DNA from: Tubulanus polymorphus
Lineage: Eukaryota > Animalia > Nemertea
Length of the DNA: 64,000 nucleotides
NCBI RefSeq assembly: GCF_964204645.1
Contig: NC_134032.1
Location: 806,001-870,000, forward strand
Direction: 5' to 3'
The position numbers and the translations under genes are program-made. The notes under the pieces were generated by a model. That model searched no databases. It saw nothing but the letters and a program-made list of their open reading frames with translations, and was not told the origin of the DNA. Position 1 is the first letter of the stretch; each line of letters starts with the position of its first letter. This document shows positions 48,874 through 63,868 of the stretch, one piece after another.

Positions 48874-49370
48874 GGGTCAGTTGCGGAGTGAAGACTTGTC
48901 TTTAGGACCGGTATGAGACCATGCATGTCCTAGCAACAATTTCAAACCAAGCTCACTTTTGCTCTTGAGCCAATCTAACCACCTAAAACCAGTCAAACTT
49001 CATTTTGTTTTTATAAACAATCTAACAACTTAGGACCCCAGTCTAAGTTCATTTTGTTTCTATAAGCAATCTAACAAATTAAGACGCAGCCTAAGCTCAT
49101 TTTAGTTCTATAGCCAATCATGTAACGTAAGACCAGTCAAAATCTTTTTTGGTTCTATAGCCAATCTAACAACTTAAGATCAGTCTAAGCTCATTTTGGT
49201 TCTATAACCAATCTAACAACTTAAGACCAGTCTAAGCTCATTTTGGTTCTATAACCAATCTAACAATTTGAGACCAGTGTAAGCTTATTTTGGTTCTCAA
49301 ATCAATCTAACAACTTAAGGACCAGTCTTTTTGGTTTTTAAACAAACTAACAGCTCAAAACCCATCAAAG
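48874..49370. repeat. 47-bp satellite array with a MITE-like left end
   Basis: GGGTCAGTTGCGGAGTG followed by degenerate 47-bp units. Confidence 0.8.
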
Positions 49371-50151
49371 ACTTTCTTGATCCTAATGACCAAATTTACC
49401 ATTTTACCATTTTTGGACATAGGTTGCGACTGCAATACTTGGCGTATAATAAATAGATGATAATTTTTGTGTATATATTTACGCGACCTCGTACGGATCT
49501 ATTGTTTGTTCTAAGAAGCTGATAGCGACCTAAATCCGCTGGCCCCGACTATCTCCCTACCACACGGCGCGCGCGCGCGTATACCAATATTTGACCGTAG
49601 TCTTTATTTCATTATCGCTCGCTCTGTTTCCGAGAAGTTATCAATGTTTTTCTATCATTGAGTCACATTGAATCTCTCGCCTATCTGAAACTATCTGCAG
49701 CCCTTATCTAGGCGCACACATTTCCACCCTATAACAGTCAAGATTGCGTCGGCAAACGAAGGAAATCGTTTAACGCCGCTTCGCTCGGACCCAACCAGTT
49801 GAAATCTTCGCATTGATACAGAGATAAATGTTTCGGTCGATTTAGGCTTGTTTAACGGATAATTCGACGGTTTTAGTTTTCGCAATGTTGCGGCGGCGCT
49901 TTCGGCTCCGTCTGTTCAACAGCACCATGCGACGCAGTTCCGTTTCGAATAGTTTCCCGACGTCAGGAGACGCCGCCCCGTCGCAGGGCGTCGGTTAAAG
50001 TAAGTTCGCCGAGTTAGAAATTGTCATAAATCTAGTCAAATACACATCCATATTATTGGCTTAGTCACATTTAGATCCATTGCGTCGAAGTCGAAAATCT
50101 AGTCAGCTTTATTCAAATGTTTTTAATCTACCCAAAATATCATTAGGCCTA

Positions 50152-50273
<122 letters not shown>

Positions 50274-53200
50274 ATAATTTAATTTCTTATAGTCTTTGCT
50301 TAAAAGCGCAATAAGAAAAGGAGTCCCCACTATTACGTGAAAGAAAAATTTAGTCCACATCTAAGTAACGAAAAAGAAGATAATATCATTTATACTCATT
50401 GAAATTTTGAAATTGACAATTCCCATTGTTCTATCGCTTAAGCGGATTTTCTTCTAAACTATTGCTGGAAATTTTTTTTTTGAACGAATATATATTACTA
50501 GTTAAATCGATGATTTTATTACGGGTATTCCTCGCGAGAATTGCCGACATATTTTATCCGAATTATGCGTCAATTTATGTTCAGCGCAATTACGATATCG
50601 TAGATATCGCGCTATACAAGAAAATATATTATAATAATTATGATTATTATCATTATCATTATAAGTATCATAAATAATTATTATTACGAATTTAAAAACG
50701 ATTTAGTTGAAAAGGACCGGTCACAAAACTACGACGTTTATGCCGAGGTGTAGGGAAAATAAATTATGCATTATAATGTATTAGTATGACGGCCTGTGCG
50801 AACAAACAATCGGCTTCCATCTTGGATTTCATCGGCGCTCGATACTTTGAAAGCTCAGATAGCCTCGGATTTCAGTTCGGACGCGACCAGATTTTGGAAA
50901 GAAAAGGTATTTTAGGACGCTTGAAAATTATCAATATCCGTATTCGATGTATGGCTTGAAAATTGCGATGGAAATTGGATCCAGCTTAAAAATCTGAAGT
51001 TGCTTAGTCGCTCGATGTAAAATTATACAAAATTATAGATCATTCGGGTTGTTCTAACTCTAAAGACGAAGTCTACCTCGCAATTGTGGAACTGGGTTTA
51101 TAATCATTGAAGAAAATTAGAGTATTCACATTTTAATAAATCGGCGCGTATAGGAATTACAGGCAAAATGAGCGCACTAGAAACCTCCAGTTAAAGCCGA
51201 ACATCTGTCCGTGAATTCCTCGCTGAACAAGACATAATGATGTTCACTAAATCTTTACGGCGTTCATCGCCAAACGGACGATTCCGTGCAGCATGTGTGG
51301 AAAATCTGCGGTCCGGCCGATTTCCCCCGCAAAAATCGGCAACTATTTCAACGGAAATCCCGTGATAAAATAACCGCAGTTGTTTTCAAGCCCGCAAATT
51401 CAAAATTTCGATTCATCGCCTGTATATTTAGTTAGATTATTCCCTAATTTATGAATATCATGATTACAGCGCGAAGTATGTACGCGGGGTGGGGGAGGCT
51501 GGGTCCTTCATCTTTTATGAACATGCCCAGATAATCATCCGCATATTCTTAATGATATAATGTTTTAAGTCACTATCGCTGCGGATGCCTGGATTTTTTT
51601 TCGGCGTTTACTGAAGTCCTCGTAATTGCTTTCAACTTCAGAAATATTCGCGCACAAGTTCACGCGGATAGCTATCTATATCGCAACGTGCTTGAAATCA
51701 CGTAGATTTAATACAAAATCTAACCGCCGAATTTTAAATCATCTTTTTCAAAGTAACAAATTTCCCATAACGCAGACATAATATTTCCTCATTCCGATCC
51801 GCGATATTTTGACCGCACGTTTGTTGTAGTTATGTTTTAGCGGGCGATATTTTCGGACATTCCCTGAAATATTTGCCAACGCGAGCCGGTCATTGTCCAT
51901 TCACGAATTGTTTAACTGAAAACATAATATAGAGCCTGGTATTTGACCAGCAAATAATACATCAAACTGGCTATGCTATTATTACTATTATTATTATAAT
52001 AATAATATCCATGCTATTGTATCTTCAAGACCCGCATACGTATATATTACAATACAGAGACCTATTATTCATTCGTGACTTTTTATGATTTATTTTATAA
52101 ATCGACTAATGATGTTAGTACGCGGATGCTGCTTCGTGTGCTATGTCGAAACGTTCGGGGTTATTGGCCCCCACGCCGTTCAGCATACTGACGGCCTTTT
52201 CATGTGATATTGGGTTTCCCGAAGAAAACTGGATAATTTTATTAGAAAAACAACGCCGCTTAATGCGTCGAATTACACAGAGGAATTCAACGCAGGTTTG
52301 CTCGCGTCCGTTTCGCCCAGAAAACAAAAGCGTCGCGTTCTAATTTGCCGATTGATATTAAGAAATTTGCCATATAAAATTCCACAATTGTTAAAAGGCT
52401 GAAAAGTATATTTAGAATACTCTAGAAATATATCGGTTGGTTCCTATTTTAGAATGAAAAAAAGTAGGTTAAAACCACCCGAAATATTTGTATATATTAT
52501 TCATACATATATATTTGTATCTAGTTTTTTAGATTTCAAAAGTTTGAGTTTTCCAACGTTTTTCAACAGGGATTTTACATTTATTGTTTGATCGCAAATA
52601 TTGTGATCTTACTAATCAAAAAGAAATTTTATTTCTAGCAATATATGTTTACAGGATCCAGTTTCACAGTTTTTGAATTAGTTCAGCGGTTCACCCGATG
52701 TCCAAAAAGGCCGGCGTTTTTTTTTAATGAAAATATTCTCAATTTACATTGAATTTCAGTTCGAAGTCTCGCGCATCAGAACTGTAACTAAAAATAAACC
52801 TGTAATAAGTTCAGGGAAATCAATTTTTCGTATGAGTAGTTTATTTATGAAAAAAATCATTTTCTGGACCACATCCCTTCATTAAGTGAAATACACGTGA
52901 ATCAAGTGAATAGAGCTACAAGGTAATTAAATTACGAACGGACATTCTCTTCTCTTAAACGAACCACCGAATTTTGGATTGCAGACGCTTATCAGGGCCT
53001 TTGTTGATTATCCATATAGCTAGCTGAAGATCAAAATATATCGCATAGAAATACATGTCAACTTAATATAAAGCAGGGAAAACTAGAAGGTTTTGGTTTA
53101 GATACAAAATGTCCTATGTATTCTATTTTTGCATAGGTGGATTTAAGTTAAGAACTGGAATTCTGAATTAAGAACGTCAGTATTCTTTTCGCAAATTTAT

Positions 53201-54454
53201 GAGATATAAAGCTGAAAAGAAATGATACCCTGTTCTCCTATATCGGCCGGGTCATTCTGTAAACTGGTGAAATTTGTTATCAGTTTATTTCTATACCTGC
53301 CGGGTCTGTTATTGTTAGCTTGATCAAAATTTCATGTAATGTACAGGGTAGATATAGGTAGCTGGGCGGGTCGACTTGAAGCTCAGCAGACACGAGAAAC
53401 AAGGTATCAATTTTTTCAGCCTAAATATATTATATACAATCGTGAACAAAGACGTGATACAAACTAAGGGCTAATATACCGCATTAGAACAGTCTGAAAG
53501 GTCTGAAAGAGTTAGTAGTTTAATCGACTAATAAACATCTTCAGGAATACTATAAATGTTATAACAATATCTAGGACAAAGAGACTAATTAAGCAGTAGT
53601 GATACAAAGAAGGGGTTAATATACCGCTTAAAAACAGTTACAAAGTTGATAAATTTAAAAAAGGAGCAATATAAACGATAACGGTAATGCTGATGATAAT
53701 TACTTCGATAGATGAATATTATGATGATTATTATAATCATAAATGATTAAGTATTTCCTTTATAATTACTGTTTCTATTCTCTGCGTGGGATTTTATGTA
53801 ATAATAAAGTTAGCCGGATTAGATGGTAATAGTAGTATGAAAGGCGCTTGATGTAAAATGTTCGGTATCGCGGTGTATTCGGCGTCGGTACCTGGCCGCA
53901 TCTGGATACGATCACATGCATCAAAGTTACAAGGGATAAGTAGCATTTACCGCTGGCAGATCCACGCAATATGTGAAAACATGTTATTTTCCCGTCAATA
54001 ATGTTATCGAGCCTACTACTCATACGCCATATAGTACAAAATGGCTTCCCAAGCGGTCCATTTGAACAATATATGTATATATGAGCCTATAAGTGTATAG
54101 ATAAAGGTAACCTGCCAGGAATATATGTAACATGAAATTTTGTATCTCGTAAGCCTTTATTTAGGCCGGTTTTATTTACAAGATCATGAAATTTTACTCA
54201 ATTTCTCAATTTAACCTTTTATTCCACGATTGCAAACTGACGTAGAAATTATTTTTTCGATAATCTTGATTAAACATTCCATTTTCCCGATTTGTGGCAA
54301 TTGCATAATTATATTATTTGCTTTCGCTATTACTGATGATTCTATCAACTCTAGAACTTACTCGACAAATTATATATTTTTCAATCGTTTTGGGGACAAT
54401 TTTTGGCTCTTATATATCAAATGTATCCGAATTTTTATCATTCAGAATTGTTTC

Positions 54455-54800
54455 TTGTGTCCCTTACAAACCCACCACGCCTGCACCGGGAACGAAACAG
54501 GGGGTCTGATTTTGAAATCGGATATCGAAGTGCGGATATAGTTGTGTGATCGGCGGTCGAATTTACAGAATCTATTTTTTGATAATTACACAAAGATTTA
54601 TTTTCTTGATATAGCGCGATATCTACAAAGTAATCTTTACGCTTCACTTGAGATTAGAAAATATGAAATGGAAAATATTTTCTAAAGCTATCGGTTCCAG
54701 TTCGTGTAGACAGTATATACCGACCAGACTGAACCCGCAAGCGACTGATTGGGGTTCATTTTTCTGCTGGCTGTTTAACTTAATGAATCGAAATTAGTAA
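54455..54800 (+). repeat. ~300-bp dispersed repeat (other copies ~25250-25365, 40380-40645, 43640-43765 reverse, 61316-61570)
   Basis: Shared CCCTTACAAACCCACCAC.CCTGC...GAAACAGGGGGTTTGATTTTGAAATC.GAAATCGAAGT...GTTGTGTGATCGGCGGTCGA. Confidence 0.75.
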
Positions 54801-55726
54801 TTTAGTAATTTTCAAAATCAAATAGTCTGAAATGTTTTTGACGCCGTTTTTACGATAATGTTTGTATACATTGATACCTAATATGCGTTATTCAATTAAG
54901 GGGAGTCGGTGTGCGCTTTACGTCATCAATATTAGCCTTTTACAATAACAATTACGTTTCAGAATTCTGGCGTTTATTTTCGAATTGAAAACGTTTGATG
55001 AATTTTGAAAATCGTTTTCAGAGGATGTGCACTATACGACATCCGGGGCTAGAGACTGGTTGCCGGTCAATTCAATTCAATCATCGATATTCAAATCCAA
55101 AATAACTGTATTGATCATAAGTATTATAGAAAATTCATATCGTATTTTCATAACCGACGCTATTAACCAATATATGTGTTATTTTTGCCAGGCGCCAATA
55201 AACTTTCAAGTTAGTTTTCTAGTTTCTATAGTTTTCTATATAGTCGAGTATGGGATATTGATGTTGAGTCCGCCGCGCGGGTAGGTTCTGTTCAACCGTT
55301 TCCAGTTCAGTTTGTTTGATATAGCGGTATAGAGTTTTATGTTTGTTTGGTTTCGCGTTAAATTGACAGTTTATTTTCTACGAGGTTTTTTTTTGCATAA
55401 ACGCGGCCGGCTCGGAGAGAGGGAGAGAGTAAGGGGGTAGAGATATACCGCGCGTTCATGATCTGAAAATGACGTTTCGGAGAAATAGCAGGTACCGCGC
55501 GCGCACGTTTGCACGTATTGCAGGTGCATTTTCCAGTTAGGATTTTAAAAAGAAAATGTAGAGTATGACAACATTAATATAGATTACAATTCAAAGCAGC
55601 GTTCAATCATCGCGGCTATACACTAATGTTTTGCACAGTTTTTAGATAACGTTATTGATGAAATAGCGTGTTTATTTGGCTTACCAGCCTCTCAGGATTC
55701 TGGATTCTCTGAGTGCTATTGTCAGT

Positions 55727-56204
55727 AGGGGCCGATTCCATAGTCATAGCTTCGAGTTAAGACCGTTCTAAGACGAGATTAGTTCTATAGCCAATTCGAT
55801 ATCTTAAGACCAGTCTAGTGACTTAATACTGGTCTTGACAACTTTTTGGCCGAAGTTCGACTATGGAACCGTTGTTAGGCGATCAAAATTGTTAGATTGT
55901 GCTTAGACTGGCCTTAAGCTATTAGATTGGCTTTATAACTAAAATGAACTTAGATTAGATGTAAGATTGGGTATAAAACCAAAAGTTATGACTGGTATCA
56001 AGTTAGATTGATTATTGAAACAAATGAGCTTAGAACGGTCTTGGGTTGTTAGATTGGTTATAGAACCAACATGAACTTAGACTGGCCTTAAGTTGTTAGA
56101 TTGGTTATAGAACCGAAATGAGCTTCGACTGGTCTTAAGTTGTTAGATTAGCTACAGGACTAACATAGTCTTAGACTGCTGGTCATGCAATGACTATGCA
56201 ACTG
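55727..56204. mobile_element. Harbinger-like MITE(s) with degenerate 47-bp satellite
   Basis: GGGGCCGATTCCATAGTC left end and GACTATGCAACTG right end, with internal reverse-orientation satellite units. Confidence 0.6.
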
Positions 56205-56767
56205 TCGAACTCCGACAATAAACAATTCAATGATAATATTTTATGATAATTTATCTTTAGAAATTATATTCAGTTTTTTTTGGTTGGGGAATACCTGGAT
56301 ACAAGGTTGCTAAGCGCGGATATTAATATCGCAGCGGAGAAAAATCGTGGAAAAATATATCTTGAAAATATCATCGTTTGTTTTCGCTTTGATTGAGGGT
56401 ATTTTGAGAAACTGTTTGAAAATAAGCGAGATATTTCGGCGAAAATTGTCGAATACCTAAAATGACACTTGCTTGGATAGTTCTTAACTATCAGCCGACC
56501 TATATATCCTCCATCAGATAGCGATATTGTGTTCTAGATAAGGTCAGAAGTCCCGAAGGTTTGTTTTCTACGAGTCAGAACCTCCAAAAACCTCCGCAGA
56601 ATCGGATGGATGACCGGGCTATCTGAAGGATTACAGCTTATATACGAAACACTAACTATGACTGATTCCTGGTCGATAAATGAGCTGATTAATATCTGAA
56701 TATATGCGAGGTATGGATACGTATCTGCGCCGCGAGGAAATGTTTTGTGTCGCTGCTTATCTTTTTC

Positions 56768-56799
<32 letters not shown>

Positions 56800-57930
56800 C
56801 GGGATAAGGTCCACCTGTTTTTTTTATCGGCTGGTTATCTGCGCGATTGTGGCGCGTGCTGTCGAATAACTCGCACGCGGAATCTGGAATATCCGACGTT
56901 CTGCGAATAAGCGACGAATTCGACTCTGACTGGAGTCATTTTTACCGGGCTTGTTCTAAAGACTGGTATTTATCTAAACCCGTTAAACCCCTCTCGATTG
57001 ACAATGAACGTTCAGTGATGGCTTAGATCTCTAAGACCAGTATATGCTGATTTTGGCTCTAAAACCAATCTCACAACATAAAACCAGTCTAAGCTCATTT
57101 TGGTTCTATAGCCAATCTAACAACTTTAGACCAGTCTAACCTCATTTTGTTTCTATGACCAAGCTAACAACTTAGGCCAGTCTAAACTCATAGCTTTAGT
57201 TCAATAATCAATCTAACAATTTAAGATAATTCTAAGGTCATTTTATTTCTTTATCCTATCTAACAACTTAAGGACAATGTGTTTACACAACCAGCTTCGG
57301 CGGGGCTAATCGAACAGAACCCGGGTTAAAGATGGTACCAGTCACCAGCCTCTGCTATCATGTCCAAGGTCAGATGCATTGTGTATCACATATTTGACAT
57401 CGCGGTAGAAATTTCATTCTGTTAGAATTTATCACAAAAAACGTAAACAACGCCATTTTATACGTACTCACAATTTGACAATCGTTCGCTGTGTGGAATT
57501 CAATGTTAGGGTCCCATGGTTGGTCGCCCGAACTCATGGATCCAATTTTAACCCATGGGGGCTATAAAGAGGGTTGTAATATAGATAAGTAATGAATTTG
57601 ATTTCGCTTGGCAAGACTTCGCAACATTATGGACAATATTTGAACGAATGAATGAATGAATGAATGAATTTATTTCGCATCTTAAAATTACGATAATAAA
57701 ATCACAATTACGTAATATGGAATAAGTCTCGATATAATAATGGTCTCAAGTCCAGAGAGAAGGAAAACTAACGCTGACATAAAATTACGTTCTATGATAG
57801 AACGATTAGCATGGTTTCATGAATATCTTTTTTACAATAAGTGATAATGAAACGCTGGTGACTCAGAGAAGTAAAAAATTTATCAAAAAATATCAAGAAC
57901 TCATATTCCCGTTTTCAGGAAGACAGTAAC

Positions 57931-59688
57931 ATGGAGGAAAATCATGATTCTTCGTGGTCCGAGCATTCCGAGTCCCCGAGTCCTCAGCCCAATGATCTAA
58001 CGCAGGCGAACGCAGTCTCGAACGGGACACCGCCGCAGGCGCAGTCACCGAACCGACCAGAAAGCCGTCCACAGTCAACGCACTCCATCGCGCAAGCGCC
58101 GACCACTATACACATACCAGAGGACCAGGAGAACGCCATCGTCATCAAAAGCGAGCGTTCGGAACGGGATATTTCAGCGCTGAACAACGACGACTTGATG
58201 TCGAACCGCAGCAGTTCGGTACCGCATCATCTCCTACACTCCGGCAGCGTGCAACAACAACAACAACAACAACACCAGTTACACGCGGCGAACGAGTCTG
58301 AATCACCACCCATTCCTGAAACGGTAGCGCAACACCAACACGATATAGCGGCTACACCGCACCATCAGGTTTTCCATCACCAACACCTACAGGTACCCAC
58401 CGCCGCTGCTGCTGCTGGTGCAGGAAACCACGTGCAACACCACCACCACCATCCGAACTCTTCGATGCTACACCAGGAGGATGTGGAAACCTTCTTCAAC
58501 AGTTTAGACCGACCGCAAGCTACTAACGTGATGATCAACTCGCCGATGGCGCTGTCCGGAAGTTCGGCCAACAATTTGACGTTGCTGACCAGCGGTCAAA
58601 TGTCCGCGTCGTCGATGTATCACCATAACGGTCACATGACTACAGCTCACCACAGTCCGTCCCCAGTTGAGGCAGCTAACTACCCGCACACTCAGGTACG
58701 TGCGAAATAATCTAAGATTCGGTTCCTTCGATTGTAATTCTTCTCAACTTTTCATGGAACAGTATATAGGTTTACTCGCCTTGGGACAATGTTTTATTGG
58801 CCTGAGACACACCCGGTCCTCAATGAGTTAAAACTCCTTCAATTTTGAGAATTAGGCAATTAGAATCTTTGTCTAGATTGTAGTTGTACGGTTAACTACG
58901 CATCAATCGGTACAGGGACCAGGTCTCGTATTGTAGATTAGACTATACCAAGTTAACGTGGTAGTGCCAGTCATCGTGTCGGGTTCGAATCCCGAAAATC
59001 ATAACATTCTTTTTCGATGTGCGTATGGCTCGTCGGAAACCCGTGTTATCGCTGCTTCGCTGCCATATTGAATATCGTTTTTATTTCGACAAATATTTCC
59101 AGGTTTATCAACAATTACAGCAACAACGATCTCCCTACCCAGCGCAGTATTCACCGACGCCAGCTCAGCCGACAGGTTACTGGCCAGGTAACAGCAGCAG
59201 TCGCCTGGCGTATTCGGCGCGGCAAGCAAACCCGACCATAGCCCAACATTTATCATCACCAGTCAGCTCTCCTTCCGAAACCGCCTATAGATATGCACTA
59301 CAGGTATGTATATAAACTATGACAAAATAAGGCTTTAAAAACGATACCTTGTATCTCCTTATGTTCGTCAGGACAGATCATAAACTGCCATGGTATTTAC
59401 CATCAGTTCAATTCTATAACTGCCGGGTCTGTTATTGTTAACTGGATCATGATTTCAAAAAAATTAATGTACAGGGAAAGATAGGCGACCGGCCGGGTCA
59501 ACTTTAACCTCAGCAGAAGTAAGAAAGATTTTCTAGGCTTAATATATTATCATCATTATCATTGTTACTATTATTTCATGATTATCATAATTTATTTATC
59601 AATGGTTTTGATATCTTCAAGAATATTATCATCATTGTTATTTCTGATTATCATCGTTATTACAAAATTATTGTAATAATAATTATTA

Positions 59689-59776
<88 letters not shown>

Positions 59777-59890
59777 AGGATCAACAGGCGATCAGTGGCT
59801 ATGGCGGATACCTTCCAGCAGAAGCCTGGAATCACCACATCAATAGTCGCGTTAACATGTCCGGAATGACGACGCCCCCTGGTGGTATAG
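57931..59890 (+). CDS. Probable second GATA (GATA456-type paralogue), N-terminal exons only; gene continues beyond the window
   Basis: Exons: 57919/57931-58695 (His/Gln/Ser-rich, EDVETFFNSLD), 59103-59303, 59779-59890 (DQQAISGYGGYLPAEAWNHH...). Donors GTACGT, GTATGT, GTAGGC; phases 0,0,1. The YGGY..W motif followed by a phase-1 intron mirrors the region before ZnF1 in gene 1. Zinc fingers are not seen, so the identity is inferred. Confidence 0.7.
59676..59775. repeat. (TAT)n microsatellite abutting a splice acceptor
   Basis: TATTATTATTACAG|GAT with AG at 59777-59778. Confidence 0.95.
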
Positions 59891-62800
59891 GTAGGCATAC
59901 GTTTTAGATATTACTTTCAATATCAATATCAATATTATCAGGGTCTAGATTCACAAAAAAAGTTTCATTCTTAATAATTCTTAAACTGAACTCAATCTGA
60001 AATCGACTAAATCTAAATCGATTTGATTTCTCTACATGTTTGAGATAAATCGTAAGTTTGTTTGTTACATGAGTCACTCGCGTCAGTTTGAGTTAGGGCC
60101 TTGCGAACACTATGTTCAAATCATCCTCTATTTCAAACCAATATCATCTAATGCAAAAACCCTTTGGCAGAGGTATACCCATTTGTTTAAAAGCACTTTT
60201 TGTATATAAGAAAAGGGAAATTTATATAAAACAAAGGTAAAATTTTGTCAGAAATTTGCGAAAGGGGTCAAAATGGCTGTAAGAATTACCTCTCCGGAGG
60301 TGCAGTGACCTGTACAGCTTCTAAGACTTTCAAAGCTACTTTCGTTTGACTGTTTCATTTATTCTAAGCTATCAATGCATATGTAAATCTAAGTTAGATG
60401 AAGAAAAAGTGATGATAATTATTATTTCCTAATCAATTAACATTAAATATATTTGCTTAGGCTCTAAAAACAAATCCCGACAAATTTGAAATTCTGAAAA
60501 GGTGTCAAAGGGCTGTAAGTAAGAATAATCGCCTTTTCTGATAAATTTAATCTTAAATATATTTGGTTGGACCCTAAAAACAAAGGCACAATTTTGTCCG
60601 AAATTCGGGGGATCAAAAAGGGCTGTTAGAATTAACTTTTCCTGATCATATTTGGCCTACATATACTCGGCTAGACCCTCGGATCTAACCCCTGGTAACG
60701 ACCCTGACAGCATCCGGCCGGTATATTCTCATGCGTGTATAGTATAAGTTTTGATAAATTCATATTTATTAATACGTCGAAAATCAACACAGCGGCTTCA
60801 TAAACGTGTCACTCTGCAATGTCGGCTGTTTGTATAACGTGTGATTTATACCCGGGAACTAAGGCACCTGCCTAATACAATGAATGACTAACTTCGTCTA
60901 ATGCGTAATTAGGGTTTTCTGCTGCATTCGTGGAAAATCCTGCCTTTTGCGATTTACCCTTTCCGCCGGGGTCCCAAACGATTCCTTAAGGACTCCTTCA
61001 AAACGTAAAAATCTTGAAACTGTGCAGCTCTATTTTGAGAAAAATGACAGAAACTCCTGAAAAAAAGGACCCTCAATCTTGAGAACGGTACTTCAGGAGT
61101 TGTACATTAGACTGCACCTAAATCAGTTCAGTTGGGGCCAGGATCTTTTTGTTACCCAATTAGGTAGCTTGATAATTAGAAACCAAAATTTAGTTATTGT
61201 TAATGGTAAACACTTGCTTATAAAACCACCGAATTCATGGTTTACTGAGATTTATTATCATAAAATAGGGATTGTCCCTGTTACTTATTTAGTTGGTAAA
61301 TTTTTTTTGATATTGAGTGTCCCTTACAAACCCACCACACCTGCCGGGAGCGAAACAGGGGGTTTGATTTTGAAATCAGAAATCGAAGTACAAATATAGT
61401 TGTGTGATCGGCGGTCGAGTTTATTACAGAATTTTGTGTTTAAATCGAAGTACATAATTGGGAAATTCGGTTCCGGTTCGTTCAAACAATTTTTCAACCG
61501 GTCTGAACCGGCAAGCGACTGATTGGGTGAATTCTCTTGGCTGCCTAATTTAATACATCGAAATTTTGGAAATAGCTATATCACAAGGTTGAAGATGATT
61601 TTGTCGATTTTTATATTTTTCGAGTCGTTTAGTCGTAGTTTACTGAGATAAACAGTTCTGATTTAGGAGGAGTCTACAGTAATTCGGATATATAAAAGTG
61701 GCACACACGCTTCCTCGAAATATGAAATATTCTCCTTGAAAACTCATTATATCCATGTACAAAACGTAGCTGATATGAGAGACCATTGCACGCATAACAT
61801 CCAGATTTATAGACAAAAAAAAACACCCGCGCAGTTTGTACGGGTTTTTCTGTCCCTATCGCTACCGCATATGTACATTAGAAGATAAACTGTTTAAAAC
61901 AACTTTTTGCGGTATTATCATCGCGGTTGACACAAGATTAGATGTTGTAAACCAGTCATATACATGTCAGACGCTTGTACTTTCTCCATCATCGCGATAA
62001 GGTCCGGTCTTTTTCCGAGCTGAAAGGTCGTTCGGTTCCTAATTCTAGGAGAACAATTCTTAAGATTTTGAAGTCAAATTTGTTGAAATTTGACTTTTCT
62101 TTTTTGCGGTCGAAATCGGAAATTTCAGACTTTATTAGCTAGCGATAGAAATGGTATTCGTTTCAGAGATTGAGTATTTGATGCATCTTAAATCTTCGTC
62201 ATTAGTATCGGTGAAATTTAGAATGAGTTAGTCTTTATTTTGAATGTAGGTAATAAACCCCCCCTCCCAACCCCCCTGGTAAAAATCCCCTAAGTTCAGT
62301 TTTTTTTTTTTATCAAACAAGTATTTCAAGGATTTTGACAAGGGGGATTTTTACCAGGAGGATATTTCATGCTTTATTTTCTCTTTGAAAATTCTCTATT
62401 TCGTTCGAAAAAGGTCTATATTTAGAGTAGACCTTTGCCACTTTGAACCGTGTCTATACGGCGAGCAACGAGGAACCTTTTACATCCTGGCAGCGAAGCA
62501 GATTTATTTGAACACGAAATCCGGTTTATTTCCCAGAGTTGTGTTTAGAATATCGCCGAACAAAAGCCACGAAATAATATCCCATTCCTCTTATACGGCC
62601 AGTAATACGTGCGCGTCTGCGATTTTATATTATAGGTACAGACTTGTCAAAAACAATCTGATAAGAATGTTTACCTGCACTGATAAGCGCCGGGGCTTAC
62701 GACTTGAAATTTCGAAACTTTACCTTTGATGGCCGTTCGGCTGATAAGCTTATTGATCCGACCCATAAATTTTGATGGCTGTCGAAATTCGCAGGGTGTC

Positions 62801-63194
62801 TCCGGGTTCTAATGAGTCCACAGGTCGCCGCGTAGTGTAATACATAAAATAAATTGGACGTTTTGGAGTGGGCTAACACAGAATTTTAGAAAGTCTACAC
62901 AGCCAAGACGAACTCGGCGAAACTATATTTATATGTTTAGCGACGTTTAGACTTGACTCATCTTAAACGCGTGATCTTTGAGTGATTCACGCTCGAGGCC
63001 AAAACAATCGCTACTTCAATTTTATTCGTCCGATTTCTTCCTTAAGTTTTTCGTATAAAAAAAAATGAGGTCGATCTCGATGGAACACTCCACAGAGTCC
63101 GTGGTGTAAAGATTGGTAAAAATCCCACGGTTATAAAAAGGAAAAAAAAAAAGAAAAATGTTTCCTTGAGCTAGTAGTTTTATACCAACGAAGA

Positions 63195-63612
63195 TTTCTC
63201 TATTCCTTTAGATGACTATTAGGATATAGTTGAAAAGTTGAATAAACTACACTAGATCAAGGAAACATTTCAGACTATTCTTATTGTGCAGGGATTTTAT
63301 ATTATCTTTACAACACGGACTCAGAGTGTTTCATCAATGGTTATAATGAGGACAACATCAGTATTCCTGAAGATGACTATTAGGATATAGTCGAAACGTT
63401 GAATAAACTACACTAGCTCAAGGAAACATTTCAGACTCTTTTTATTCTTAGTGTGCAGGGAATTTATATTATCTTTACTACACGGACTCAGAGTGTTTCA
63501 TCAATGGTTATAATGAGGACAACATCAGTATTCCTGAAGATGACTATTAGGATATAGTGGAAACATTGAATAAACTACACTAGCTCAAGGAAACATTTCA
63601 GACTATTTTTAT
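63195..63612 (+). repeat. 167-bp hammerhead-bearing tandem array, plus strand
   Basis: ~2.5 units; an inverted partial copy lies at ~63090-63190. Confidence 0.85.
63362..63405 (+). ncRNA. Minimal type I hammerhead ribozyme motif (intact copy)
   Basis: Stem I TATTC/GAATA; core CTGAAGA plus an extra T; stem II GACTAT/ATAGTC with TAGGAT loop; GAAA; loopless palindromic stem III ACGT; predicted GUU cleavage triplet. Confidence 0.72.
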
Positions 63613-63773
63613 TGTTATTAGCAATTATTATTATGGTGTTGCTATAATTAATGTACTTTGTACCTGAGCAAACCTTAAACATTATAATTTTTTTTGTCAA
63701 ATAAAGTCATATATATTAAATTTAAGAAAAAAGACAGAATTTAGTAGAATTGAATTTGTAGGTCGTAAGATCT

Positions 63774-63868
63774 GGATCCAGTTCCACAGTTGTGAGTTAA
63801 AGTTAGTTCATTTTCAATGAGTTAGCCCAGAGTTATATCTTAACTCGGAACTGTGGAACTGGACCTTG
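63774..63868. mobile_element. Short Harbinger-like MITE (same family as 28236-28343)
   Basis: GGATCCAGTTCCACAGTT...AACTGTGGAACTGGACC. Confidence 0.72.

Noticed and set aside
49860-50005. Possible upstream coding exon of gene 2 (donor AAA|GTAAGT at 49999)
   Set aside because: ATG-initiated frames stop before the donor; at most a non-coding alternative exon, unsupported without transcripts
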